A stretch of DNA of 63,694 nucleotides, filler included, from Octopus bimaculoides (GCF_001194135.2; 6 parts of 6 records of this genome joined end to end with filler, not necessarily neighbours in it), one strand, 5' to 3'; shown: positions 1 through 14,087, counted from the whole stretch's first letter. Made by a program: numbers and translations. The notes: generated from the letters alone by a model not told the origin.

Positions 1-70
1 CATAATGAACCTCATAATTTTCACGCTGACTACTTGATAAATTCTTATAAAGAATTTATCCTATATTATG

Positions 71-109
<39 letters not shown>

Positions 110-209
110 AACACGCTCGCACTCACACACGCTCGCGCGCACACAAGCTCGGGCGCACACAAGCTAGCGCGCATACACGGTCGCGCGCGCACACGCATAT
201 ATATGAATG

Positions 210-326
210 ACGTGATTCTCTCAGTTTTCGTCTACCGAATCCACTGACAAAGCTATGGTCGACCTGAGGCTATAGTAGAATTAACTTGCCCAAGGAGCCA
301 CGCAGTGGGATTGAATCCAGAATCCA
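210..326 (-). mobile_element. SINE family E, partial head/core fragment
   Basis: Matches the other copies at 15660-15773 and 38143-38285 (cgtctaccaaatccact...gctatagtagaa...cttgcccaagg..ccacgcagtggga). Confidence 0.75.
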
Positions 327-604
327 TACGCTAATAATATTTTTAAATGTTTTTATTTTCGTGTTACGTCATTTTTCGAGTTAAGTGAAATGTCTTGGAA
401 CCAGTTGCCGACGTAAGCTGAGGTATACTTGTATATACATAGATGTGACACAAACACATATAATACAATACAACTGACATAATCATACACATAGACAGTC
501 CCACACATGCACACATACATACATTCACATGCGTATACACATGCATAAAAGAAGTCACACGTGCACACACATTCACATGCACAAACGCATACTAAAAAGG
601 AAGT

Positions 605-635
<31 letters not shown>

Positions 636-1240
636 GTAAATGAATTCGCATGCACATATTACATACATTTACCTCATCCTCCACAAGCATATACGTACAT
701 AGATACAGCTGCACAGACGCATACATTCATAGGCACAATCGCTTTCCACACACAGACACACACACACACACACACACACATAGGATATTTCAGTTATATA
801 CACACGCACACGCCCCCGTATAAATAGTCGTATGGATACACAGCGATACATATATATACATACACTTATGCGTACATACATACATACATACATACATACA
901 TACATACGTACGTACATACATACATACATACATACATACATACATGCATACATACGTGTTCAGTTATGCATGCACATGTTAAGAGAGACACAAGTATTGC
1001 TGATTGAAAGGAAAAGGAGAAATGGAGGGGGAGAAAGAAGTGGTGGTGGAGGAAGAAGAAGAAGAAGAAGAAGAAGAAGAAGAAGAAGAAGAAGAAGAAA
1101 TATTAGGGGGAGGCGGAGGAATCTGGAATTGGATGGCAAGATTTACCTCGTTCTTCATTCTCTCATCCACTAGTTATACATCCATCCACCCGTCCGTCCG
1201 TCTGTCTGCCTCTCTGTCTGTCAATCTATCTGTAAGTCAG

Positions 1241-1281
<41 letters not shown>

Positions 1282-1533
1282 TTAATTATGTATGTATCTA
1301 TCTGTTTGTCTATCTATCCATCTATCTATCCATCTATCTATCTATCTATCTACCTATCTATCTCTCTATCATTCACTCTAATTCTTTCTCGCAGCCACCA
1401 GATGGCATTATTATCTGATCTGCCATGTGTTTGTTGAGCTTCCGTTGTAGATGGTGAACTATTCACCAACTAGTCATTCGTCACTGCCACTACCGCTACT
1501 AACATCAGCAGCACCACCATAATCAACCCACCC

Positions 1534-1578
<45 letters not shown>

Positions 1579-2178
1579 TCAACCCTACCACCACCAGAAC
1601 ACCAGGCCATACATCTCCACACCCACACCCACATAAACACACGCATATACATACACTTTCAATATACGCAAGACGAGTATTAGATGGAGAGGTTTTACAC
1701 CACCAAAATCACTTCCTGTTAGATTACGACGAAAACAACACTTGTCCTGTTTCTTCTTAAAAATCAGTGATCTAATCACCCATCTAACCACCCATCTAGT
1801 CACCTAATAAGCCATTAAAACCATTCGTTGAGTAAGCAACCACCTGGCCAACCAATAAGAAGAACAAAAAAATAACAAAAAAAAGAGAAAAATATTCAAC
1901 CAAAGAAATTAGCCAGCCCGACAACTACCTAACCAGCCTACCAACCAGCTAATCATATGTTTATCCAAACCATCCAATATATCATCTGACTAACCATCCA
2001 ACCAGTCAATATTAGCTTGGGAGAGATGAGAGAGGAGAGAGAGTGGGAAAGAGAGAGAGAGAGAGAGAGAGTGGGAAAGAGAGAGAGAGAGAGACAGTCA
2101 GGGAGAGAGAGTGTGTGTGTGTGAGAGAGAGAGCAGTAGCAGTTGATATATTTAGCAGTCTACAACGACCACCACGAT

Positions 2179-2240
<62 letters not shown>

Positions 2241-2454
2241 CATCTATTTGTCTGTCTGTCTGTTTGTGTGTGTATGCATGTATGCATGCATCTATTTATC
2301 TTTCTATCTATTTGTCTGTCTGTGTATGTATGTATGTATGTATGTATGTATCTATCTATCTATCTATCTATCTAGCGCATGTAGTGATAGCATTGGTGTT
2401 TATAGTAGTAGTAGTAGTAGTAGTAGCAGCAGCAGCAGCAGCAGTTAGCATGTG

Positions 2455-2840
2455 TGCAACAGTTATTAGAGCAATTGTTAATTATTACAAGTCATTAAAA
2501 CAGTTATTATGAGAATAATTACCAGAGTAATTATTACAGCAGTTAACTTTGCGTATAACCTTCATTACAGCAGCCATTGTAATAGTTTTTACAAAAGTAT
2601 TACAGCAGTAGTTATTACAATAGATATTACAACATTTATTATAACAGCTATTAGTTATTACAACAACTGTTATTACAACAGTTACCATAGCAGTTATTAG
2701 TCATTACAACAGCTGTTATTACAGTATGTATTACAACAGTTATCATAGCAGTTACTACGATTATTACAATAGCAGTTATTACAGCAGTTATTACAGCAGT
2801 TATTACAACAGTTATCACAGTTATTACAATAGCAGTTATC
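2455..2840. repeat. Degenerate ~12-bp minisatellite (ACAGCAGTTATT-like)
   Basis: Recurrent ttattacagcag / ttattacaacag units. Confidence 0.85.
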
Positions 2841-3251
2841 ACAAGGATGTTTTATAACCCAACAGAGCCTGGCCCACTTTTTGTTAGTCCATAATGTAAA
2901 TGTGTTTTCATACGCTTGACACCGAACCACTTGTTACTAGCCTTGCCAGAAATAGAAACCGCGCCTCCCATACACCCACTTCTCAGCCGTTACTGTTGCT
3001 TCTTCTTCTTCTTCTTCTTCTTCTTCTTCTTCTTCTTCTTCTTCTTCTTCTTCTTCTCTCTCCTTACATGTTTATGTTTGTTGGTTCTTGTTAAGCTTGA
3101 TGGGTGGTGGTGGTGCTTGGTGTAGCAATGTATCTGCCCGCATATGTATGCGAATCTGTATGCGTATGTGTGTACATGTGTGTGTGTACATCACATCTGT
3201 GTTGCTTTTCCGGGTACATCGACAGAACACCAGCACTAACATCAACAATTT

Positions 3252-3301
<50 letters not shown>

Positions 3302-3731
3302 GCTACTGCTGCTGCTGCTACCACCACCGCGCCCACAGTCGCCAGCATCACCTTCACCATCACTACCGCTGGCAGTTAATGCTGTCATAGGCAATGTTAA
3401 TATTTTAACAGCCGTTCTTCACATCTTTCTGAAGCAACTGTGGTNNNNNNNNNNNNNNNNNNNNNNNNNNNNNNNNNNNNNNNNNNNNNNNNNNNNNNNN
3501 NNNNNNNNNNNNNNNNNNNNNNNNNNNNNNNNNNNNNNNNNNNNNNNNNNNNNNNNNNNNNNNNNNNNNNNNNNNNNNNNNNNNNNNNNNNNNNNNNNNN
3601 NNNNNNNNNNNNNNNNNNNNNNNNNNNNNNNNNNNNNNNNNNNNNNNNNNNNNNNNNNNNNNNNNNNNNNNNNNNNNNNNNNNNNTATATATATATGTAT
3701 ATATATATATAAATATATTGTGTGTGTGTGC

Positions 3732-3767
<36 letters not shown>

Positions 3768-3919
3768 TTGCGTGTGAGAAAGTGTATATATATATATATA
3801 TGTATGCGCACACACACATATATAATGATAGGGCGTCTATAATGATAGACGCCCTATCATTATATGTGTGTGTGTGTTTATGTTTGAAAGAATACACATG
3901 CAGTCTATCACATCACTGC

Positions 3920-4183
3920 TTTCAAATTTTGGTACAAGGCCAGTAATTCCGGGGAAGTGTTTAAGTTGATTATTTCGACCCCCAGTAATCAGTTTGTACT
4001 TATTTTACCAACCCCGAAAGGGAGCAAATCGATTACATCAACGCCATTGTACAACTGGAAATTGTTTTGATGCTCGAAAGGCAAAGCCGACCTCGGCGAA
4101 ATTTGTGCTCAGAACGTAAAGACAGACGAAATGCCGTTAAACATTTTTCCCGGCGTGCTAACGATTCTGCCAGCTCGTTGCTT
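3920..4183 (-). mobile_element. SINE family A (tail type 2), diverged, with a partly duplicated internal module
   Basis: Reverse complement has the family A head (gagctggcagaatcgttagcacgccggg...gttctgagcacaaatt) and the ccttgtaccaaaatttgaa tail. Confidence 0.85.
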
Positions 4184-4210
4184 TAATTCTATCTCATGAT
4201 TTTCATCTTT

Positions 4211-4445
4211 TTAAGTCCATTTTCTATTCTTGCACAGATTAGTCATTCTTTTCTGACACCCGTCAGATATTTTTTGCATCTCATCAACAATACCTGGTAT
4301 TCCAGCAGCTTTCCTTGCCTCCGTATCATTAACGACTATCTTGACCGTTTGACCATTTGACATACGATTGTCAATTTCAGGAACTTGTCTTCTTGTTGGG
4401 TCAACTTGGCTAATTTCTCTTTCACTCTCAGGCATTTTTTCATTT
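4211..4445 (-). mobile_element. RTE-type LINE ORF2 relic (start of RT region)
   Basis: Translation ...ARKAAGIPGIVDEMQK...MTNLC resembles the RTE/LINE motif GKAAGxDGIxxEMLK...LxxLC. Confidence 0.5.
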
Positions 4446-4460
4446 AGTAATCTTACCTAA

Positions 4461-4775
4461 TGGAGGCGCAATGGCCCAGTGGTTAGGGCAGCGAACTCGC
4501 GGTCGGAGGATCGCGGTTTCGATTCCCAGACTGGGCGCTGTGTGTGTTTATTGAGCGTAAACACCTAAAAGCTCCACGAGGCTCTGGCAGGTGATGGTGG
4601 CGATCCATGTTGTATTCTTTCGCCCCAACTTTCTCTCACTCTTTCTTCCTGTTTCTTCAGTAACGCTGTATTGGACTGGCGTCCCGTCCAGCTGAGGGGA
4701 ACACATATGCCATAGAAACCGGGAAACCGGGCCCATGAGCCTGGCTAGGCTTTGAAAGGGCGACGTTTATCGTTT
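4461..4775 (+). mobile_element. SINE with the family B tRNA head and an alternative 3' tail; 14-bp TSD
   Basis: A box tggcccagtgg and B box ggtttcgattcc. The first ~190 nt match the 6924 and 25776 copies, then diverge. TSD taatcttacctaat (4448-4461) / taatctcacctaat (4776-4789). Confidence 0.9.
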
Positions 4776-4959
4776 TAATCTCACCTAATAACAAATAGCA
4801 ATTGCGTAACTGTCACTTATATACAAATTTTATCCCAACATCACACTGCTTTGCCATCCGGAACATACTACATGTTAACCCCACTTTGGAGAAAACAGGC
4901 AAACCTCTTACTTTCTGCTTCAAGGCTTACGAAATGTACATGACGTCTAGCCTCTCTTC

Positions 4960-6560
4960 AAGTTATCTGATATTGTTCCTTACTCATCTCGGTCTTCCAG
5001 CACTGTCTCTTTGCAATTCAGGTTGCCTTCCGTCTGGCAGAAAGGTGACATTATGGTAGAGTTGTACAAAAGATAAAGGAAGGCAGCCTGAATAGCTAGC
5101 AATAAGACAATCTGTCTGAACAGAGCAGTATGTACGAGGGAGCTGTGTGAAAACATGTTTACCTGCAGTGGGGGATGGATAAAGGATTGTTGATCGATTA
5201 TTGATGTCAGCTAGGAAATTTGTCCCGAATCGGAAAATAAATCTTTGTGGATACGTAAGGCCGCGGAAGGGAAGATAAGGAAAGTGTGCGTAGCAGATGG
5301 GCAGAAAGACGATCAATAGCTAAGCCGTGAGGACGGGTTACATCAACGACTGGTTAGAGATAATAATGGTGGAGAAAAAGGGAGAAAGAACTTGACCTCG
5401 ATTTTTCTTTACAGATGTGACAGAGATGGAGGAGTCATGAGAAGAGGATAGATAATTTAGCGTGAGTCAAGTAGGGTGAGGAGAAATTGAGGTGTGTAGG
5501 AGAGCCAGAAACAATAAAATGCAGAAGGTGAAAGTGGGTAATGTTATTTTAAGGCATGGGTGCGCTGAGAAGTTGCCCAAGAGAACCATGAGTCTAGGGC
5601 TCAATTCTGATCTATATATGCTTTGCCTTGCTGTCAAATAAATACTATAGGACTTAGTACATTGATTTGTCCGGGGCCTTACAATGTTGCTAAAATGGCC
5701 CTAAAGGAGAGTATCACATGAAGCTGACCAAGGCGTTGGAGACATTGGATTTATAAAGTTTAGTAGAAACAATTGGAGATAGAAAATAAAGGACGTGAGA
5801 TCTTCATTGGTAAGGCAAATGATGCTGACACAATTATTGGTGTAACGACCGTATATCTCTTCGGTGGAGTTGGTAAAATATGCAAAGTTAAAAGCCCTGA
5901 GGTTAACTAACAAATAGATTAGCGTAGTTGAGCTCATCCTAATACCCAAGTCAACACTAGTAACCTACCAAAAGAATGGTACGGAACAAAAGCTGTTGAG
6001 AGTGAGGACGAGTTTATGTAGCACTGAAGTGTAGTATGGATGGGTTCGACGATCCAGAATGATTTGAAAGCTGGGAGTCCATCGTTGTGGGAGATGATGT
6101 TGTTGGAGATGATGAGCTTTACACCCTAGGTGAAAAGGTACCTTGAGGCGCCGCAGTGTGAGGAGAAGAAGTTGAAGAGATTTGGGTGATGTCAGAGGTG
6201 TAGCAAGACGGAAGTGGGGCGATTAATTTCCCTTGGCGCATGCGTGAAAGGACACGAAATTTCCTCTGGACTGTTATGTTTATTGATTACAGGGCAAGTG
6301 CTATAAGTGTGTCTGCACCCTTGATACCGAGAAACCTTGCAATGCCACTGGTTGGATTTTGGATGAGAACTGTTACTAAAAACGACAAGTGTTGGTCAAA
6401 ATATTTTGGGATGATTTTGGTATGACAGAGTCAAGTGGAAACACCGAGGTTATTCATGGATGTTTGACATACAGATCTTTGAGAGGAGGTAGATAGGGGA
6501 AGTTTGGGCTGTGCGATAAATGAAGTTGGTGGCAGTAGCAAGAACTAGAGTGGTGTTGGT
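4960..6560 (-). mobile_element. Heavily decayed Penelope-like RT relic
   Basis: Broken minus-strand motifs in PLE RT order: SPEEIS, LPSCYTSD, FT*GVK..NIISHNDGLPAFKSF, KLVLTLNSF, GRYTNN (degenerate RYIDD)...EDLTSFI, KHVFTQLPRTYCS. Confidence 0.6.
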
Positions 6561-6923
6561 GGACAGTGGCAAACACGGGTGACAGACAGATAGACAGAGA
6601 CAGACAGATATACAGAGACAGAGATAGACAGACAGACAGACAGAGACAGCGACAGACAGACAGACAGCGACAGACAGACAGCGACAGACAGACAGACAGA
6701 GAGCAGATTTAATGAATTACCAGAGTGCTTCGACTCTATAAAGGCCCGTCTACCAAACCTCAACAGCACCGCTTTTTTCTCAACCAGGTTCTCAACGATG
6801 TGGTTTCAGTGTCAATGACGAGGAGATGTTGGGGTGTTCATGCAACTTCCACAAATCGACTACAGAACTGGCTACACGTGTGTTCATGCATACGTACAAA
6901 CATTCATATACACAGAGAAATAC

Positions 6924-7297
6924 TTGGCACTCCGTCGCTTACGACGTCGAGGGTTCCAGTTGATCCGATCAACGGAACAGCCTGCTCGTGAAATTAACAT
7001 GCAAGTGGCTGAGCACTCCACAGACACATGTACCCTTAACATAGTTCTCAGTTATATTCAGCGTGACACAGTGTGACAAGGCTGACCCTTTGAATTACAG
7101 GCACAACAGAAACAGGAAGTGAGAGAAAGTTGTGGTGAAAGAGTACAGTAGGGTTCACCACCATCCACTGCCGGAGCCTCGTGGAGCTTTGAGTGTTTTC
7201 GCTCAATAAACACTCTCAACGCCCGGTCTGGGAATCGAAACCGTGATCCTATGACCGCGAGTCCGCTGCCCTAACCACTGGGCCATTGCGCCTCCAC
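6924..7297 (-). mobile_element. SINE family B, full length
   Basis: tRNA head tggaggcgcaatggcccagtggttagggcagcggactcgcggtcatagg and tail ...gtaagcgacggagtgccaa; near-identical to 25776-26158. Confidence 0.95.
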
Positions 7298-7881
7298 ACT
7301 TACAAAGGTACATATACAACACATACATACATTCATATACAAATACGTGCACCACATTATCCCTCGCATACTTACACAACGTACACACATTCATACACAC
7401 ACACACAAATGCACACGCACACTCACACATGCACACACTTCTCTTTATCACGTACAAACATACGTATACGCACATACAATGCACACTCTGACAAACAAAG
7501 TCATGCCTCATACATGAATTGTGGCACAATATGGACAGATTTCGGAGTACCGATGAACTTTTATGTAAATATATCAAATTAAAGATTCTACGAGGTATAT
7601 TACAATGGACACTACCAAGTGGACTCTCACCTTTTATCTCTCATGTTTCTCCCTCTTTTAATTTCTTCTTTGTGATATAATTCTTGGGAAAGAATATATT
7701 TGCGGCTGAAGATAGCTTTATACTATCAGTTATATACCAATAATGATGCAACAACTATAAAGCTTGAAACACTTGTACCGCAGAATCCTTTGTGTTTTGT
7801 TTTTATTTTTACATTTCCACATATATATATATAAATAGATATGCACACACACATACTTATACACACGCGCATACATGTACG

Positions 7882-7922
<41 letters not shown>

Positions 7923-8167
7923 ACTCACTCTTGCACATAGGCTTTTTTCCTATACTCTCTTCTACTTACTCAGATGTACTTCTGCCACACAGACACGTTG
8001 TCCCAACTCGGTTGGATTCTGACTCTTACACGCTGCCTCTCTCTCATATCGACATCCACTCTCTCCATCCTTTCTCCCTCTTCCTCACCACTCTCACCCA
8101 GTCTCTGCATTTCTGTCTATACGTGTGTATTTGTTTCTCTCTCTCTCTCCCTCTGTCTGTCTGTCCA

Positions 8168-8235
<68 letters not shown>

Positions 8236-8337
8236 TCTCTGTGTATATATACACACACACACACACGCAAATATGGATATACTTATTTCCGATATTAGCG
8301 TATATATATATATATGTATGTATGTATGTATATATAT

Positions 8338-8474
<137 letters not shown>

Positions 8475-8550
8475 TATATATATATACATACATACATACA
8501 CACATATGTATGTATGTATGTACATAGACATATATATGTGAATATATATA

Positions 8551-8584
<34 letters not shown>

Positions 8585-8663
8585 TGCATGTGTGTGCGCG
8601 CGTGCGTGTGCGTGCGTGCGCGCGCGCGTGTAAGCTGCCGAGGTGCGTTTCACCACGTCGTAC

Positions 8664-8780
8664 CAGGAATTTCTGTTTCCCCATTAGCTTTGTTAGGTTC
8701 TTTGTTTCATGTTGTACGTCTCTGCAAATAGCCTCAATGTAGTTAAGTGGTGTTTCTCCGCTATTAAGGTGCGGAAGTTT
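8664..8780 (-). CDS. Candidate 117-bp phase 0-0 coding exon of an unidentified host gene ([39 protein letters not shown])
   Basis: Unique sequence with acceptor catattttag|, donor CTG|gtacga and a 39-codon open frame. No homology recognised. Confidence 0.3.
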
Positions 8781-9169
8781 CTAAAATATGTAATCTGATA
8801 TGGCTTTGTGTTCGCCTTGTGTTCAGAACGATAACAGCGCCCCGGCAAAACCTACCCAACATTGATCAACAATAGCAGAGATGAGCAGAAAGAGTCCACA
8901 AATCTCTTTGGTCTAATGTCCATGCCATAAGAAGGTGTTCTTAGTTTATGATCAATTTATCTCTAACTCGTTACTTGTTCTGATACACTGATGCACAAAG
9001 TGATAATCTCAATTATATANNNNNNNNNNNNNNNNNNNNNNNNNNNNNNNNNNNNNNNNNNNNNNNNNNNNNNNNNNNNNNNNNNNNNNNNNNNNNNNNN
9101 NNNNATATATATATATATATATATAAATAAAGTATTATTGAAATTCTGTGATAATTACAGAAAAACTTT

Positions 9170-9430
9170 TCAAAGTCAGCAAGTCTGGCGTTCTTCAGGC
9201 TGTGTGTAGAGAACTTTGTTCTGTATGGAACTGAATCTAGGGCTTTGTAGAAAAAGCTTCAGGATTACCTTGATGGTACGTACATTATGCTTCTCATGGG
9301 ACTCAAAACATGCTTTGAGCTCAAGATCAGAGAGGAAGTGTATGGACACAGTCTACCCATCTCTGCAATTGTTGCATGGAAGGCTTTGTTAGATATTTCT
9401 ATCGTACTGAATGCCAAGCAAGATCGGATG
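9170..9430 (+). mobile_element. RTE-type LINE post-RT fragment
   Basis: FFRLCVENFVLYGTESRAL*KKLQDYLDGTYIML resembles RTE VESVLLYGxExWxL...LDGxYTRML. Confidence 0.65.
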
Positions 9431-10114
9431 TTATATCTGCTACTTTTCAATTAGGCACAGATTTTAAGTTATTGGATAGCGTTACGATCAGCTGTCTCAG
9501 ACTTTCGGGACGAATTGAGTGAAGGAATGAGATCCTTGTACAGTGATCTGAATGAGTGCAGGTGTTAATAACATCGACTTTTGAATGTTTGTTCTGGTCT
9601 CCTTTTATATCATTTGAGAGTATTAGAATACTTGGCATTAGAGAGTTGATTATCATGTGTGTGTGTCTGTATATGTGTCTGTCTGAGTGTTTATGTGTGT
9701 GTGAATATGTATACACACACATATACATACATAATACACACATACAGAGGTACTCAATACTATAATTATTGTGTTGAATACTCTTATTGTTTATCAACGC
9801 AATGAAGAGCATGCAATGTAAAGCTTTCTTCTACGAGAAAGAAATTACCCGCAAACAAGTGCGAATTCAAAATACAAAGTACCTATTCCACATCGAAAAG
9901 GAAAAAATAACATTAAAGACATTGGAAACATGGAATTCGATCACAGCAGTTTGACTTTTAAAATGAGAGGTTGAACATGAGGTCAGCTTCCCCCAAATCA
10001 CTCTGAATCACATAAACCTTTCTAATCAGCCCCGCCAACGTTCGCATATTTACAAACTTAATAAAGAATATATACGAATTAAACACCACTAAATACTCTA
10101 AGCTCCTCATAAAT

Positions 10115-10303
10115 AATGATTTCAAATTTTGGTACAAGGCCAGCAATTTCGGAGAAAGGAGTAAGTCAATTACATCGACTCCAGTATTCAACTAATCTTT
10201 ATTTTATCGACCCCGAAAGAATTAAAGGCAAAGTCGACACCGGCGTAATTTGAACTCAGAACGTGAAGTCGGACGAAATGTCGCTAAGCATTTTGTCGTC
10301 GTT
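10115..10303 (-). mobile_element. SINE family A (tail type 2), 5'-truncated, 13-bp TSD
   Basis: Family A core. Direct repeat GCTCCTCATAAAT at 10102-10114 and 10304-10316. Confidence 0.9.
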
Positions 10304-11311
10304 GCTCCTCATAAATGATATTACTAACGTACACTAAATAAGAATCTCGTGACTATAACATCTTAAACAAAGAAACGAAGGAACTAAAAATAGAAAAGTA
10401 TGTGTAGATCGCCTCGTCAAGCACAAACCTTGTAAAACTCTATAATACTCGCAAGGAACACTAAACTACGTTGCTCTCTGACTTAACTACATGTTAATCA
10501 ACGTCTTCATAAGTGAATTGGGTCTAGTTACCAATCGCATTCTCCTTACAGTTTTCCTTACCATTATGTTTGTTATGAGACTTGCTCAATGAAATGGTAG
10601 CACAGCCGGTTTTACGTGACTTTACGGCATTGAAATCAAATAATATTGCATATTTAATCATCAATTCGATAGAGTGGGCCCATCTAGCTATGAATTCATT
10701 CTCCTAGAACTCAGGAAATAATTTACTAGAATCAGCGCTCTTGGTGCTAAGATAATAATGCTAGAAAACTAATACTACGAAAAATGCTTCTAGATCCAAA
10801 AAGTGGGAGACACCTTTTCGACGGTCCGGTAGGGAGCAATGCTGTTGCTGAGCTATTCAGTTCAGATGCTGTGGGATATGAGAAAGTAGCATCTACAGAC
10901 TTGGATTTTCGAGCATAACAGTCACTAGATAATATTTAGTCTTCAGCAGTGCTGCTCATTGCACATTTGCTTAGAAAAATGTGAAAAATGTGCCTTGTGT
11001 ATCTAGCTACCACATTTTATGTATATAAAGAATGAATTTTGTGTGTATATTTAGAGTTGAATTATTGATGTAACCATGATATTCTGGTGATCTGAAGAGC
11101 TAGCTTTCTTTACCTGCTTTAATTTGTGATTGTACAACCGTATTGTATAATGATGAGCATACATATTAATGCAAACATGTACGCATAATTCTTTATATGC
11201 TGACATTAATACTACATGAAAAAGGTTGCGAAACGGCCGTAATCCTATGGAAGTTACGTGGTTAAATAAATATATACTCACTTCTTATACCTCCTGACTT
11301 CATGTTTGTGC

Positions 11312-11366
<55 letters not shown>

Positions 11367-11826
11367 NNNNNNNNNNNNNNNNNNNNNNNNNNNNNNNNNN
11401 NNNNNNNNNNNNNNNNNNNNNNNNNNNNNNNNNNNNNNNNNNNNNNNNNNNNNNNNNNNNNNNNNNNNNNNNNNNNNNNNNNNNNNNNNNNNNNNNNNNN
11501 NNNNNNNNNNNNNNNNNNNNNNNNNNNNNNNNNNNNNNNNNNNNNNNNNNNNNNNNNNNNNNNNNNNNNNNNNNNNNNNNNNNNNNNNNNNNNNNNNNNN
11601 NNNNNNNNNNNNNNNNNNNNNNNNNNNNNNNNNNNNNNNNNNNNNNNNNNNNNNNNNNNNNNNNNNNNNNNNNNNNNNNNNNNNNNNNNNNNNNNNNNNN
11701 NNNNNNNNNNNNNNNNNNNNNNNNNNNNNNNNNNNNNNNNNNNNNNNNNNNNNNNNNNNNNNNNNNNNNNNNNNNNNNNNNNNNNNNNNNNNNNNNNNNN
11801 NNNNNNNNNNNNNNNNNNNNNNNNNN

Positions 11827-12013
11827 TAGCGGTATTTCGTCTGCCGTTACGTTCTGAGTTCAAATTCCGCCGAGGTTGACTTTGCCTTTCATCCTTTCGG
11901 GGTCGATAAATTAAGTACCAGTTACGCACTGGGATCGATGTAATCGACTTAATCCATTTGTCTGTCCTTGTTTGTCCCCTCTATGTTTAGCCTCTTGTGG
12001 GCAATAAAGAAAT

Positions 12014-12015
<2 letters not shown>
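11827..12015 (+). mobile_element. SINE family A (tail type 1); 5' end lies in a gap; followed by (GATA)n
   Basis: Near-identical to 26522-26754. Confidence 0.95.
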
Positions 12016-12084
<69 letters not shown>

Positions 12085-12644
12085 GCAGGCAGGCAGGCAA
12101 ACAGACAAACAGACAGATAAATAGGCAAGCAGACAGATAGACAGATAGATAGATAAATAGATAATAGAATAGATTTGTTAGAAAATAACCTATAGGCAAT
12201 TTGATATGAAGTGAAATTAAGATAAGGAGTGAACTATTACTGAAATAAGTGGATAAATATGTTTCGTGTATGTATAGAGATGAACTTCTTTAGGTACTTT
12301 TCAATACATATGTGTCTATGTTAGTATGTATGTGTACATGATGTATAATTTTGTGTGGCCGTATATTTAGTATAAGAACGTTGTTAGTTACTTCGAAGTT
12401 CGCTAGTATTAGGTTCTTAAAACTGTTTCAATAAGCTACTACCGGGCAAACTTCGAAGTAACAATCGACATAATTCTTGCAACAAATATTTGATTCTACT
12501 TATGGTTTGTGTACTTTGTTCCAGTAAATATTTGTTGATTTTATGGATTTACACCACCCCCACACACACTTGCTCACACACTTGAACACAGATATATAGG
12601 TATGTAAATATAAATATATATATATGCATTTATATACGTGTGAG

Positions 12645-12681
<37 letters not shown>

Positions 12682-13034
12682 ATATATTTATATATATNNN
12701 NNNNNNNNNNNNNNNNNNNNNNNNNNNNNNNNNNNNNNNNNNNNNNNNNNNNNNNNNNNNNNNNNNNNNNNNNNNNNNNNNNNNNNNNNNNNNNNNNNNN
12801 NNNNNNNNNNNNNNNNNNNNNNNNNNNNNNNNNNNNNNNNNNNNNNNNNNNNNNNNNNNNNNNNNNNNNNNNNNNNNNNNNNNNNNNNNNNNNNNNNNNN
12901 NNNNNNNNNNNNNNNNNNNNNNNNNNNNNNNNNNNNNNNNNNNNNNNNNNNNNNNNNNNNNNNNNNNNNNNNNNNNNNNNNNNNNNNNNNNNNNNNNNNN
13001 NNNNNNNNNNNNNNNNNNNNNNNNNNNNNNNNNN

Positions 13035-13073
<39 letters not shown>

Positions 13074-13321
13074 ACAAATATGTATGTGTGCGCGCGCGTG
13101 TGTATGTGTGTGCGTGTATAATATATAAATACATATTAATATATATATACATACATATATGAATATATATATACATATATAGATATATATCCATACACAC
13201 ACACACATATATACATTTATATATACGTCTATATATACGCACACTTGCGTGTGTTGTGAGTGGGTGTATAACTTCTGTGTGAATATGTGTACGCGTGTGT
13301 GTGTGTGTATGTGTGTGTGTG

Positions 13322-13403
<82 letters not shown>

Positions 13404-13849
13404 CCAGCTTCCATGCGTATGCGTTTTGCGTGTGTTGTGTTAAGTATAATAAAGCGAATATTTTTTGATTATGGTTTTGATAAAATGCACTAAAATAGAA
13501 TTAAAAAGGAAAACCTCTTCAAGTGCCATAAAGTCTTGGAGGATGCTAAAGAACATATGTTCTTGTGAAAAGATGGAAAGAAATATGCCGATGGCATATG
13601 GCTGTTCAATAAAGCGTTCACGATGACTACGTCAGTGTTTGTTCATGCAATTAGATTTGATGAAGTTGGAGAAGAGCGAGGATAAAGTGAAAATATTAAA
13701 AGTTGTTGTCTGACATTATTCTCGTCTCTAACCTCTATGTTGTTTGTTGGCTTAAGCAGACAGGATATTGCTGAGGCAGAAATTTATGGGGTATTATGTG
13801 TGTGCTGTGTTCATGTTTGTGTGTGTTTCTATGTGTGTGCTCTGCTGTG

Positions 13850-13881
<32 letters not shown>

Positions 13882-14087
13882 AACAGGTATTATTTTTACT
13901 TATATTTGTTTTGTACGTCGTTTTTTTCCTTTTTTCCCCCCCTATTTGCTACGTAGAATAATATCGTTGCTGCGTATATCCTAACTTGAGTATTAACTGT
14001 TCGTCCCTCACTTTGCCTTTTTATTTCCTTACATTTGATCGGCTGGGAAGTGTTACGTTCAACACACATATGCCAAAATTCTATCTA

